Positions 8,887 to 18,856 of a DNA stretch of 64,000 nucleotides are shown in pieces. The DNA comes from a virus, in IMG/VR virus record IMGVR_UViG_3300009425_004205, positions 14,463 through 78,462 of that record; one strand, written 5' to 3'. How positions within the stretch are numbered: position 1 is the stretch's first letter; each line of letters starts with the position of its first letter. The notes below the pieces were generated by a model. That model had not been told where the DNA came from, did not search any database, and saw only the letters and a program-made list of their open reading frames with translations. The position numbers and the translations under genes were made by a program.

Positions 8887-9213
8887 ATGAATATTAAATT
8901 TACAGAAAATGAAGAAGTAGAAACTGCAATCGATACACCAGTACAAGAGACAAGTCACCTTCAGAAAATACTAGTTAATTATGTTGGCAACAAAAAGAAT
9001 CCTGAAAATGACGAAGTGACAGTATCTATGATAGTAGACACGGTAGCAGAAGATTTTCCTGAATTTCTTTTGGTAGTGGCGGAAGAAAACTGGGTAAGAG
9101 GGTACCAGCAGGCATTAAACGACATGACATTCAAAGATATGAAGGGTAAAGGCTTTTATACGGACAATGGCGAGGTAGTTTCTTCTGAGCTATCGCCGGA
9201 GATAAAAGTCTAG
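8887..9213 (+). CDS. Hypothetical phage protein
   Basis: 108-aa ORF with a GAGG RBS. Confidence 0.65.
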   Translation: MNIKFTENEEVETAIDTPVQETSHLQKILVNYVGNKKNPENDEVTVSMIVDTVAEDFPEFLLVVAEENWVRGYQQALNDMTFKDMKGKGFYTDNGEVVSSELSPEIKV

Positions 9214-9220
9214 CTAACAA

Positions 9221-9889
9221 ATGAAAAACTATATTAAAAGTTCTAGAAAAAGAAAACAACGAATGATGGGGGATGTATTAGTTATAGAGAAAGATCCTTT
9301 ACCGACGTCAGTGGACATCGAAAAGGTATTAGTATCAGTCCAAGCTTCAGTACCGAAGAAATTTCTTAGAAGACTTGACTCTATATATATTGGGAAGTTT
9401 AAGGACTTAGAAGATAGAAGTTTAAATGCTATGTATAGTGATGGAGCGATTTACGTCACTAATAATCAAGCATCCGTCGAAGACATCACGGAAGATATTG
9501 TCCACGAGGTGGCACATGCGATAGAAGATGAAATTTCTTCGGAAATATATTCGGACGGCAGTATAGAGTCAGAATTTCGTGGAAAAAGAGAAAGGTTATA
9601 TTTTATGCTAAAAGAAGAGGGGCATGATGTTGAGTTGGCTAATTTATTGAATCTAAATTATTCTAAAATTTTTGATTCCTTCTTATATAACGAGGTTGGG
9701 TACCCAATGTTGTCTGCTATTACTGTTAACTTGTTCTACTCTCCCTACGGGGCAACTTCTTTGAGCGAATATTTTGCTAATTGTTTTGAGGCATACTTTC
9801 TCAAAAGAGATTTGCAGAGGGTTAAGAGAATAAGTCCTAATGTGTTTGCAATATTAGAAAAAATAAGTTATAATGAGGAGGAAGAATAA
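9221..9889 (+). CDS. Putative zinc metallopeptidase (HEXXH)
   Basis: IVHEVAH plus a downstream EYFANCFEAY third-ligand-like motif. Confidence 0.65.
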   Translation: MKNYIKSSRKRKQRMMGDVLVIEKDPLPTSVDIEKVLVSVQASVPKKFLRRLDSIYIGKFKDLEDRSLNAMYSDGAIYVTNNQASVEDITEDIVHEVAHAIEDEISSEIYSDGSIESEFRGKRERLYFMLKEEGHDVELANLLNLNYSKIFDSFLYNEVGYPMLSAITVNLFYSPYGATSLSEYFANCFEAYFLKRDLQRVKRISPNVFAILEKISYNEEEE

Positions 9890-10358
9890 AATGAGAGAGA
9901 AGAGCATAATATCCGACAACAATGTTAAATTTAGCATTATTGAGACAGACGAAGAGTTTATTGTAGAAGCTAAGGTGCCGAAGCGTAGAGTTGCAGGTGA
10001 TGTTAAAGTCAGATGCGACATAAAGGATGTGAAAGGAGTACTCAGCACTATCGCTGAAATATCATCATTAACTCTGAGTGAATCCCCGTCGGAAATATTG
10101 ACAAACTCTAAAAACCAACATTTAAACGGAAGGTGGATTTTTGAAAAACCAAAAAACCAAAAGAAACAACATAAGAGCCCAAGAGTCCGAAAAGACAGTA
10201 CGGACACAATCAGCCAAAAGAAAGAAGACATCATCGACGCCACCGCCGAAGAAACAACTTCAACCGCAAAAAGTACATCACCAAGAAAAAAGTCCGGAAC
10301 TAGTTTCCGTGAACGAACTCGCGCAATTGCTAATAAAAGAGAGAAAGTACAAGAGTAG
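9873..10358 (+). CDS. Hypothetical protein with basic low-complexity C-terminus
   Basis: 161-aa ORF; the second ATG follows a GAGGAGG RBS. Confidence 0.55.
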   Translation: MRRKNKMREKSIISDNNVKFSIIETDEEFIVEAKVPKRRVAGDVKVRCDIKDVKGVLSTIAEISSLTLSESPSEILTNSKNQHLNGRWIFEKPKNQKKQHKSPRVRKDSTDTISQKKEDIIDATAEETTSTAKSTSPRKKSGTSFRERTRAIANKREKVQE

Positions 10359-11133
10359 GGGCAGAATAAGTTACTCGGAACTTAAGATATGGAATGAGTG
10401 CTCGTTCAAGCATATGCTCTCATATTTCGAAGAAATACTACCATTCACCGGAAACGAATACACTGCTTTTGGTACTGCAATACACTCTGTTTGTGAAATC
10501 CTGATAGTCGATGAACACGTCGATGCAAAGAAATTCTTTAGGGAATATTTTCTTAAAGAATTGAGAACTCTAAAGTCGTCAGGGTATGATTTAAACCCAT
10601 CGATGATACGAGAAATGAAGCTTCAAGGGGAAAATATATGCCAGTATATTTTACCATCCGTGAAGGACACTTTCGGCAAATACGAAATATTGTCAATTGA
10701 GGAGAAATTAATGGAAGACATCGATATGTTCGAATCTGGGGGGATGAAATTCAAAGGATTTATAGATCTTGTTCTTAAGACGGAAGATGGAAAAATACAC
10801 ATAATTGACTGGAAAACTTGCTCATGGGGATGGGATATGAAAAGGAGAACGGATCCTATCGCGACATATCAGCTTACATTGTATAAATACTTTTATGCGA
10901 AAAAATATGACATGTCGCCGGAGCATATAGAAACTCACTTTGCTCTCTTGAAGAGAACCGCAAAGAAGGAAAATGCGGAAATATTTAGAGTCACTAGCGG
11001 GGATAGAAAAACAAAGAACGCCATGTCTCTCCTAGAAAGGGCAATAAAGAATATTAATGCTGAAAATTTTATTAAAAATAGGTTATCATGCTCTAGATGT
11101 CAATATTACAAAACGGAACATTGTCCGGGATAA
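10327..11133 (+). CDS. PD-(D/E)XK nuclease, AddB/Cas4-like with four Cys (start uncertain; ORF open from 10141)
   Basis: ISYSEL..W.EC, FGTAIHS, IEEKL, FKGFIDLV, IIDWKT, YQLTLY, and C-terminal CSRC..C. Confidence 0.85.
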   Translation: MLIKERKYKSRGRISYSELKIWNECSFKHMLSYFEEILPFTGNEYTAFGTAIHSVCEILIVDEHVDAKKFFREYFLKELRTLKSSGYDLNPSMIREMKLQGENICQYILPSVKDTFGKYEILSIEEKLMEDIDMFESGGMKFKGFIDLVLKTEDGKIHIIDWKTCSWGWDMKRRTDPIATYQLTLYKYFYAKKYDMSPEHIETHFALLKRTAKKENAEIFRVTSGDRKTKNAMSLLERAIKNINAENFIKNRLSCSRCQYYKTEHCPG

Positions 11134-11144
11134 CAGGAACATAC

Positions 11145-12401
11145 ATGCAAGAGAAAAAAAAGATAATAACAATATCGGATAGCCCATATTCTCCATCTGG
11201 AGTTGGCATGCAGACTAGATACATGATAGAAGCTTTACTGGCTACAGGTAAATACACTATTGTGTCTCTTGCCGGCGCTATAAGACACAACGACTACTCC
11301 CCTATCAAAAGCCCAGAACACGGCGCGGACTGGGTGACATACCCAGTTGACAACTACGGATCTGAAGAATTAATACGATCGTTAATGATAAACGAGAAGC
11401 CAGACGTCGTCTGGATAATGACAGATCCTAGATTTTGGACTTGGCTGTGGGCAATGGAGAACGAAATAAGAGAGAAGTGTCCGTTGGTTTATTATCATGT
11501 CTGGGATAACTACCCATATCCAAAGTATAACAAGACATACTATGATTCTAACGATTTAGTTGTGACAATAAGTAAAGTTACTGACGATATCGTCCGGACA
11601 GTTTCTCCTGACGTGGAGTGCAAACACTTGCCACACGCTGTACCGTCTAATATTTTTTATAGCAGGGAATTGGTAGACACCGGTGTCATAAACCTCAAGG
11701 AGAATACAATTAAGGATAGATTTGTTTTCTTTTGGAACAACAGAAATGCTAGAAGAAAGCAAAGTGGATCTTTAATATTCTGGTTTAAAGATTTTTTAGA
11801 TATTGTTGGACATGACAAGGCAGTGCTAATTATGCATACCGAACCGAAAGATCCTAATGGGCAAGATTTGGAAGCCATACTATCCGAGCTTGAACTTACA
11901 AATGGAGAAGTGATGATATCTACTGTTAAGACTTCCACAGACAGGCTAGCAGACTTGTATAACATGGCAGACTGCACTATTAACATTTCAGACGCCGAAG
12001 GTTTCGGCTTGGCTACTCTCGAATCTCTCTCCTGCGGCACTCCAATCATCGTCAATATGACAGGCGGCTTGCAAGAGCAAGTCACTGACGGCGTTAATTG
12101 GTTCGGAATAGGGCTAGAACCCGCCTCTAAGGCTATTATCGGCTCACAGAGTGTACCGTACATATATGAGGATAGAGTCGCTAAGAAGGACGTTCTAGGG
12201 GCTATGCTGAAGATATATAACATGAGCGAGTCTGAGCGAAAAGAGATGGGAGAGAAAGGCAGGGCACATGTTATTAAGAATTATGGGTTTGACACTTATG
12301 CTAAGACGTGGAACAATATCTTATCTGAAGTTATGGAGAAACATGGATCCTGGGATAGCAGAAAGAATTATAAGGGATGGGAGTTAAGAGAGGTATCATG
12401 A
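11145..12401 (+). CDS. Glycosyltransferase, GT4/GT-B fold
   Basis: SDSPYSPSGVG, NRNARRK, LYNMAD and EGFGLATLESLSCGTPII. Confidence 0.9.
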   Translation: MQEKKKIITISDSPYSPSGVGMQTRYMIEALLATGKYTIVSLAGAIRHNDYSPIKSPEHGADWVTYPVDNYGSEELIRSLMINEKPDVVWIMTDPRFWTWLWAMENEIREKCPLVYYHVWDNYPYPKYNKTYYDSNDLVVTISKVTDDIVRTVSPDVECKHLPHAVPSNIFYSRELVDTGVINLKENTIKDRFVFFWNNRNARRKQSGSLIFWFKDFLDIVGHDKAVLIMHTEPKDPNGQDLEAILSELELTNGEVMISTVKTSTDRLADLYNMADCTINISDAEGFGLATLESLSCGTPIIVNMTGGLQEQVTDGVNWFGIGLEPASKAIIGSQSVPYIYEDRVAKKDVLGAMLKIYNMSESERKEMGEKGRAHVIKNYGFDTYAKTWNNILSEVMEKHGSWDSRKNYKGWELREVS

Positions 12402-14509
12402 AAAAAGTATTAATAGAAGCGCCAATATTAACACAATCTGGCTACGGAGAACATTCAAGGTTTGTATATAGATCCTTGCGCGAAAGAGACGACGTTGATA
12501 TTCATATACTTCCTTTGGATTGGGGATCTACTAGCTGGTGCACAGAGATAACTGCCGAAACGAAAGAGATAGAGGAGCTTATTAAGAAAACTGCTGTGCA
12601 TACTGCAAATAATGAAAATCCTCAATTTGATGTGCACATCCATGTTGGCATACCAAACGAGTTTGAAAGGAAGGCGCCATATGCAGTTCATGTTACTGCG
12701 GGAATAGAGACTACGAAGATTTCGAAAGAATGGCTAGCAAAGACATTTGAGATGGATAAAATAATCGTACCATCTGAACATGCTAAGTGGGCTTTCGAGA
12801 ACACTTCCCACAAGGCTGAAAAAGAAGGAAAGACAATAGAAGCAAAGTGTCAAACACCGGTAGAGGTAGTCCCATACCCAGTGCGCGATTACTCCAAGGA
12901 TAATGACTTTAATTTAGACTTGAAACATGATTTCAATTTTCTTTCTGTTGCGATGTGGTGCGAGCGGAAGAACATGGATAACATGATAAACTGGTTTGTG
13001 GAGGAGTTTAAGGATGAAGAAGTGGGGTTAGTACTTAAGACAGCTTTTTCTAGGGGATCCCTCATAGATAGAAATATGATGCATCGCAAGCTCAAAGCGG
13101 TTCTTGAGAAACATGGAGACAGAAAGTGCAAGGTGTATCTGTTACACGGCAATTTGAGCAATGAGGAAATGAAGTCTCTATACACTCATAAGAAGATAAA
13201 AGCCATGGTGTCTGCAGCACATGGGGAAGGTTTTGGGCTTCCTTTGTTCGAGGCTGCATGTAACGGCATGCCAATAATCGCGCCGGCGTGGAGCGGTTAT
13301 CTAGATTTTCTGCGAGCTTCGGTATTGGAAGGAAAGAAAGGGAAGAAAACAAAAAGGATGAGAGACTTCTTTGCGAAGGTTGAATATTCTATTCAACCAG
13401 TACAAAAATCAGCAGTATGGAATAACATTATAATTCCAGAATCAATGTGGTGTTTCCCGCGTGAGCCTAGCTTTAAAAATCAATTAAGGAATGTATATAA
13501 TAATTATTCAACGTATAAAACCATGGCTCAAAAAAATAAGAGAAGAGTATTGCAAGAGTTCGCGAAAGAGACAGTAATGGAGAAGTTGTCTTTAGCGTTG
13601 GTGGCTCCTACTGTGATGCCTGAGGCTGAAGTAGTCTTTGTTAGTGATTATTTTCAGCATCAACTAACTGGTGGTGCTGAGATGTCCTTGCAGGCATTGA
13701 TAAACGCATCCCCAACTTCGAAAGTCATAGGGATAAACTCCTCTTCTTTGGGAAAAAAGCAGATAGAGTTCTACAAGGACAAGCGCTGGGTGTTCGGAAA
13801 CATCGCAAACTTGAAAGAAGGTGTAATGTCCTTAATGGAGGAGAATAAGATTAAATATACTTTTGTAGAGTTCGATTATAAGTTTTGTAAGTATCGGAAC
13901 CCAGCATTATATGAAATGATGGAAGCAGAAGAGTGCAAATATTCAGAAACAATTCTGGCACAGAAGTTGCAAAATTTTATAAATGGAGCGGAATCTGTGT
14001 TCTTTATGTCTGACAACCAAAGAAGGATTTACGAGAATTCTTTAGAAAACGTAGATTTTAAAAAGTCTCATGTGTTATCTTCCTTATTCGACGCAGAGTT
14101 TTTTCAAAGAGTGGAGTCGTTAAATAAGAAGTATGAAGGCAAGAAGAATGGAAAGTGGATAGTGCTTGGATCAGAGAGCTGGGTTAAGGGCGCTGCCGAG
14201 TCAGAGGCGTGGTGTAAAGAACACAACAAATCATACGAGGTGGTGAACGGGCTCGATCCGCTAGACTTTTTAGAAAAGTTGGCAGAATCAGAAGGTGTTT
14301 GTTTCAAGCCAGTAGGCTTAGATACCTGTCCTAGATTTATCATCGAAGCAAAGCTTCTAGGATGTAAACTTGAATTGAACGAGAATGTACAACACCGCGA
14401 CGAGGGTTGGTTCAATACATCTGCGGAGGAGATGAAAGAATATTTGCAATCGCGATCGTCTTTTTTCTGGGAGAAAGCATTTCCAAAATGGAACAACATT
14501 TCACTATAA
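12398..14509 (+). CDS. Two-domain glycosyltransferase (GT4 plus a second GT-B-like module)
   Basis: SGYGEHSR, ERKN and HGEGFGLPLFEAA in the first half; GGAEMS and DTCPRFIIEAKLLGC in the second half; ATGA overlap with the upstream gene. Confidence 0.88.
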   Translation: MKKVLIEAPILTQSGYGEHSRFVYRSLRERDDVDIHILPLDWGSTSWCTEITAETKEIEELIKKTAVHTANNENPQFDVHIHVGIPNEFERKAPYAVHVTAGIETTKISKEWLAKTFEMDKIIVPSEHAKWAFENTSHKAEKEGKTIEAKCQTPVEVVPYPVRDYSKDNDFNLDLKHDFNFLSVAMWCERKNMDNMINWFVEEFKDEEVGLVLKTAFSRGSLIDRNMMHRKLKAVLEKHGDRKCKVYLLHGNLSNEEMKSLYTHKKIKAMVSAAHGEGFGLPLFEAACNGMPIIAPAWSGYLDFLRASVLEGKKGKKTKRMRDFFAKVEYSIQPVQKSAVWNNIIIPESMWCFPREPSFKNQLRNVYNNYSTYKTMAQKNKRRVLQEFAKETVMEKLSLALVAPTVMPEAEVVFVSDYFQHQLTGGAEMSLQALINASPTSKVIGINSSSLGKKQIEFYKDKRWVFGNIANLKEGVMSLMEENKIKYTFVEFDYKFCKYRNPALYEMMEAEECKYSETILAQKLQNFINGAESVFFMSDNQRRIYENSLENVDFKKSHVLSSLFDAEFFQRVESLNKKYEGKKNGKWIVLGSESWVKGAAESEAWCKEHNKSYEVVNGLDPLDFLEKLAESEGVCFKPVGLDTCPRFIIEAKLLGCKLELNENVQHRDEGWFNTSAEEMKEYLQSRSSFFWEKAFPKWNNISL

Positions 14510-15222
14510 TAATACCAGCTTACAATTGCGAAAAGTGGGTTAAGAAAAATTTAAATTCTGCATTAAATCAGGAATATACGAATTACGAGGTGATATATAT
14601 CAATGATTGTTCGACTGATAACACTGGAAATGTCGCCGGCAAAATGTTATCTGACTCGCGAGTTGCTAGCAGATATATAGAGAATAAAGAAAACAAAAGA
14701 GCATTACCTAACCTAGTAAGAGCAATAAACGAAGCTACTCCGGGCACCATAGTCCTTGCTTTGGACGGTGATGACTGGCTAGCCAACAAGGGGGTACTTA
14801 AAAGACTCAACGAGCTTTACACGTCCGACATATGGATAACCTCGGGTTCCTATATTGACAATGTGCACCACAACATCAGTCGTCCAAAGATACAAGTTGG
14901 CTTTTGGGAGCAGAATATTAGAAAGGTGGACTGGACATTGTCGCACCTTAGGACGTTCAGAAGGAGCCTTTTCTTAAAAATTAAGGAAGCTGATATGATG
15001 GACGTCGATGACAGTTATTTTAAATTTACGTGGGATCGTGTTATAATGTATCCTATGGTAGAGATGGCTGGCGAGAGACACTTTATGCCAATAATGGAAG
15101 TCATGTACGTTTATAATAGAAGAAACCCCATATCGGTTGATAGAACCCATCGTCATGATCAGATAAGAATCGAATATATGCTTCGAGATAAAAAACCGTA
15201 CGAAAAAATAGAAAATTTATGA
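14488..15222 (+). CDS. Glycosyltransferase family 2
   Basis: IIIPAYN, INDCSTD and LDGDD (DxD). Confidence 0.92.
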   Translation: MEQHFTIIIPAYNCEKWVKKNLNSALNQEYTNYEVIYINDCSTDNTGNVAGKMLSDSRVASRYIENKENKRALPNLVRAINEATPGTIVLALDGDDWLANKGVLKRLNELYTSDIWITSGSYIDNVHHNISRPKIQVGFWEQNIRKVDWTLSHLRTFRRSLFLKIKEADMMDVDDSYFKFTWDRVIMYPMVEMAGERHFMPIMEVMYVYNRRNPISVDRTHRHDQIRIEYMLRDKKPYEKIENL

Positions 15223-16118
15223 ATTTATTATTAGATAATGTTGACGTCAGCTCAACGTCTGGCCCAAACCACTTTGGAAAAAAGCTAAAAAAGTATCTGA
15301 AGAAGAAAGGTGTTAAATTCGACAGTACTAAGAAGCCAGACATACAGCTTTCTTTTATAGAGTCTCGCAATGTGCTGCCACAGATTCCTATAATTCAGAG
15401 ACTCGATGGAATATACTTTAATAAGACATTTGATTTTGGAAAGCAGAATTCAAATATTCTTAGTACGTACAAAGGCGCCAAGGGGGTTGTGTTCCAAACA
15501 GATTTCAACAGGAGATTGACATTTCAATATTTCGGATATCATGAAAACTCAACAGTAATAAGGAACGGAGCTGATATGGAGTTGATATCAGAAGTCGAGC
15601 CGCTAAACAATGAACTGCTAGCTAGATATGAAAATGTCTGGTGTTGCGCTTCTTCCTGGCGCCCACACAAGAGATTAGAAGATAATATTAAATATTTCCT
15701 AAAGAAATCAGACAATAACGATTGTATGGTTGTTGCCGGTACAACAGACAGAGTAATTGAGCATGAAAGGGTGTATTATGCTGGAAACCTTCCAGTGGAG
15801 AAACTTTTGTCTCTTTATAAAACATCGAAATACTTTGTTCATCTCGCATGGCTCGATCATTGCCCAAATGTGGTTGCCGACGCGAGAGCTAGCGGGTGTG
15901 AAATAATATGCTCATCCACCGGAGGTACAAGAGAAATTGCGGGCCCTAATGCCCGTATTGTTATGGAAACGGAGTGGGACTTTTCTCCCGTAGACTTGTA
16001 TGATCCTCCGAAAGTAGACTACAGTTACTCAACGATTAACGGCGTAATCGGCGACAACAGTGTTGATATGACGTCGGTTTCTCAAAAATATTATAATTTC
16101 TTGGAGAAAAACATATGA
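15219..16118 (+). CDS. Glycosyltransferase, GT4-like
   Basis: SSWRPHKRL, DHCPNVVADARASG and GGTREI. Confidence 0.82.
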   Translation: MNLLLDNVDVSSTSGPNHFGKKLKKYLKKKGVKFDSTKKPDIQLSFIESRNVLPQIPIIQRLDGIYFNKTFDFGKQNSNILSTYKGAKGVVFQTDFNRRLTFQYFGYHENSTVIRNGADMELISEVEPLNNELLARYENVWCCASSWRPHKRLEDNIKYFLKKSDNNDCMVVAGTTDRVIEHERVYYAGNLPVEKLLSLYKTSKYFVHLAWLDHCPNVVADARASGCEIICSSTGGTREIAGPNARIVMETEWDFSPVDLYDPPKVDYSYSTINGVIGDNSVDMTSVSQKYYNFLEKNI

Positions 16119-16981
16119 AAACAATAAAAGGCTTGCTTTATGAGCCAGGGGTTAGTGTTTTGTGTGGCTCTTACAATGCAATGATAGCAAAGTTAGCCGA
16201 AAACGCAGGCTTCGATGGAGTTTGGCTATCCAGCTTTGAAATGCATGCATGGAATCGATTTCCTGACGCCTCTATTTTAAACGTTGCAGACTATTCTGAC
16301 GCGATAAGTAAGATAAGTGATAGGATCAACGTACCAATATTGGTAGATGCAGATGAGGGCGGCCCTAGCGCTATAAACACTATTAGGATGGCTAGAGAAT
16401 ACTCGAAAGCCGGAGCCTGGGGCATGTGCATCGAGGACAACCCTTCTCCAAAACGATGTTCTTTTTACGGAATGAAGATGGATTTAGAAAAGACAAGCAT
16501 AATGGTTGGTAAAATAAAAGCTGCCATAGAAAAGAGCGGCAAAGATAATTTCGCAGTTATTGCAAGAACGGAGTCGCTAATACAGGGGCACGGATTCGAC
16601 GTAGCAATCGAAAGAGCCAAGGCGTATACTGCAGAAGGCATTGATGGCTTCCTAATCCACAATAAAGACAACACTCCAGAGAATGTATTAAGATTTGCAG
16701 ACATGTATCACGCGGCAGGTATGACAACTCCACTAGTTTGTGTACCGACTACATATAACCAAGTCACTGTTAAGCAATTAGGCGAAGCGGGGTTTAGCAT
16801 GGCTATATATGCCAACTATTCAGTAAGAGCGGCAGTGAAGGCGCTTGAATCCATGTTCGAAAAAATGATAACTGGTGGCAGCCTATCTGCAGGAAACGAG
16901 GATGTTGTGCCTATGAGCAAGATATTTGACTTAATCGCGGTAGAAGAGCTTAAGGAAAATCAAAAGAAGTATGGCTCCTGA
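16115..16981 (+). CDS. pepM: Phosphoenolpyruvate mutase (ICL/PEPM superfamily)
   Basis: GFDGVWLSS, PDAS, ILVDADEG, IEDNPSPKRCSF, IARTESLI, ERAKAY, LIH, PLVCVPTTY and IYANYSVRA. Lies directly upstream of Ppd and AEP transaminase genes. Confidence 0.82.
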   Translation: MKTIKGLLYEPGVSVLCGSYNAMIAKLAENAGFDGVWLSSFEMHAWNRFPDASILNVADYSDAISKISDRINVPILVDADEGGPSAINTIRMAREYSKAGAWGMCIEDNPSPKRCSFYGMKMDLEKTSIMVGKIKAAIEKSGKDNFAVIARTESLIQGHGFDVAIERAKAYTAEGIDGFLIHNKDNTPENVLRFADMYHAAGMTTPLVCVPTTYNQVTVKQLGEAGFSMAIYANYSVRAAVKALESMFEKMITGGSLSAGNEDVVPMSKIFDLIAVEELKENQKKYGS

Positions 16982-17369
16982 AGATGTCTACAACTATGCA
17001 ATAGGCATAGGCTGCAATTTCTTTACAGGTGTACCAGACAGCCTTTTGAAGGAATTCCAAAATAAAATAATCAATTCAGGATATACTAATGTTATAGCCA
17101 CCCATGAATCTCAAGCTGTAGCTATAGCCTTTGGTGCCGAACTGGCAGGCAAGAAAGCGTGCGTCTATATACAAAATTCTGGGCTTGGAAATGTTATAAA
17201 CCCGCTAACAAGCTTGTGTATTCCGTGCGGAGTAGAACCACTTATTGTAGTAGGCCACAGACACACGCTCCAACAACACAGGGTAATGGGCGAGATTGAT
17301 GAGGAGCTTTTAAACCTTGTAGGGTATAAGAATTACGTAATTGTTGCTGGGAATAACAATGTTAAGTAA
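16971..17369 (+). CDS. Phosphonopyruvate decarboxylase, alpha (N-terminal) subunit
   Basis: FFTGVPDSLLK, HESQAVAIAFG, YIQNSGLGNVINPLTSL and QHRVMG. Confidence 0.88.
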   Translation: MAPEDVYNYAIGIGCNFFTGVPDSLLKEFQNKIINSGYTNVIATHESQAVAIAFGAELAGKKACVYIQNSGLGNVINPLTSLCIPCGVEPLIVVGHRHTLQQHRVMGEIDEELLNLVGYKNYVIVAGNNNVK

Positions 17370-17835
17370 AGAAGACGCTATAAAGCATATATTTCAAAAG
17401 CATGGGAAAGACTCATTGTTCGTTACAAATACTGGATATATATCCAGAGATGTATATGATCAGTTTCCTACTAGCAGAAATATATTTTATATGCAGGGAA
17501 GTATGGGACTATCTCCCTCGATAGCTCTTGGTTTAGCGATGAATACTCACAGGGATGTCATCGCCCTTGTCGGCGACGCCTCATTGTTGATGCATTTAGG
17601 CATAACACACACGATAAGAGATATGAAATTATCTAACCTCTATGTCTATGTCCTCGACAATGGATGTCACGAGTCGGTTGGAGCTTACCCCTGCTCAGAG
17701 TTGGAAGATAGCTATCCCGGAATTCATGAAGTCATTAAGATAAGGGTTTCGAAGAAAAATAGTAGGGTGGCAATCACGCCTATCGAGAATGTTCTTTTGT
17801 TCAAGGAGTTCATTAATGCAAAAGATTCTTCTTAA
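17359..17835 (+). CDS. Phosphonopyruvate decarboxylase, beta (TPP-binding) subunit
   Basis: NTGYISR, FYMQGSMG, and TPP motif GDASLLMHLG...LDNGCHESVG. Confidence 0.88.
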   Translation: MLSKEDAIKHIFQKHGKDSLFVTNTGYISRDVYDQFPTSRNIFYMQGSMGLSPSIALGLAMNTHRDVIALVGDASLLMHLGITHTIRDMKLSNLYVYVLDNGCHESVGAYPCSELEDSYPGIHEVIKIRVSKKNSRVAITPIENVLLFKEFINAKDSS

Positions 17836-18856
17836 TCCCGGCCCAACGAACACAAGTTTTTGGACTAAGTTTAGTCAGTGGTTTGGTAGCGATGTTTGCC
17901 ATCGGACTGATAAATTTTCAAAAGATTTTTCCACACTCCAGTCTTTATTGCTGGCAAGGTACGGCGACATAGATGTGAACATCGCGATTATGGGAGGCTC
18001 TGGCACTTTGGCTTTGGAGTCTATGATATCTACCTTGTGTCCGGATAACACTCTGTTCATCAACGCTGGCTCGTATGGGAAGAGGGCACTGGAGATAGCC
18101 GCTAGATATTCTATTAAATGCTCCTACCTTGAGTGTAGGCAATTGGAAGATATGAAAGTGAATAACAACGCTAAGCATGTATATTTCGTAGAAAACGAAA
18201 CAAGTACTGGAGAACACTTTTCTTTAGCTAAAATGTGTGATATTTATCCGAATGCAAAGTTCTTTATTGATGCAACCTCTTCTTTCGGAGCTAGTGATTA
18301 TTCTGGATTTCATGACAGAATTGCAGCAATATCGTTTTGTAGTAATAAATGTTTGCAGTCAACGCCAGGTTTGGGAGTTGTTCTCTGGGGTAAACATTGT
18401 GAAACTAGGGTTGGGAGTTATTATGGGGATTTGAGTCGCTACGGTGAAGGTAAATTGCCGTTTACTATCCCAGTGCAGTCTGTTTATGCACTTATCAGCA
18501 CCCTCGAGCGAGGGAATAATAACAAACAGTTATTCGATAGAAGGAGAGGATTAATAATACGGGAATTTCAAAGCATAGGAATAGATTGTTTAAATCAGAA
18601 TCCCTCGAATTCGATAATCGCCTTCAGACATCCTTACATGAATTACAATCAGTTAAAAGATTTTTTATATGATAGGGGAATCGTGATATACTCTGGTATA
18701 GCTAACGAAAAAAATAGCTTTAGATTGTCGACTATGAGCACTAAGTTCGATAAAAGTTTCAGGAAGATTAGGAGAGCATTCAATGATTCGTGTGTACACA
18801 GATATGGCTGCCGACATGTTTCATGTTGGCCATTTAAATTTGATAAAAAGGGCTAA
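17816..18856 (+). CDS. 2-aminoethylphosphonate aminotransferase (class V PLP; PhnW/AepZ-like)
   Basis: LLNPGPT, DVCHR, GSGTLALE, YGKR, ETSTG, IDATSSFG, SNKCLQS (PLP Lys), FTIPVQ, GIVIYSG and SFRL. Confidence 0.85.
   Translation: MQKILLNPGPTNTSFWTKFSQWFGSDVCHRTDKFSKDFSTLQSLLLARYGDIDVNIAIMGGSGTLALESMISTLCPDNTLFINAGSYGKRALEIAARYSIKCSYLECRQLEDMKVNNNAKHVYFVENETSTGEHFSLAKMCDIYPNAKFFIDATSSFGASDYSGFHDRIAAISFCSNKCLQSTPGLGVVLWGKHCETRVGSYYGDLSRYGEGKLPFTIPVQSVYALISTLERGNNNKQLFDRRRGLIIREFQSIGIDCLNQNPSNSIIAFRHPYMNYNQLKDFLYDRGIVIYSGIANEKNSFRLSTMSTKFDKSFRKIRRAFNDSCVHRYGCRHVSCWPFKFDKKG

Noticed and set aside
10141-11133. Cas4 as part of a CRISPR-Cas locus
   Set aside because: No repeat-spacer array or other cas genes are visible; solo Cas4/AddB-like nucleases are common in phages.
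16115-18856. Phosphonate catabolism (PhnW-PhnX or phosphonopyruvate hydrolase) for P scavenging
   Set aside because: There is no phosphonatase, PhnY/PhnA or transporter in the window. The decarboxylase, cytidylyltransferase, LicD and GT genes point to biosynthesis. Not formally excluded.
18783-18856. Programmed frameshift or fusion between aminotransferase and cytidylyltransferase (74-nt overlap)
   Set aside because: The CTase has its own AGGAG RBS and ATG, and I see no slippery site. A lost stop codon extending the upstream tail is simpler.
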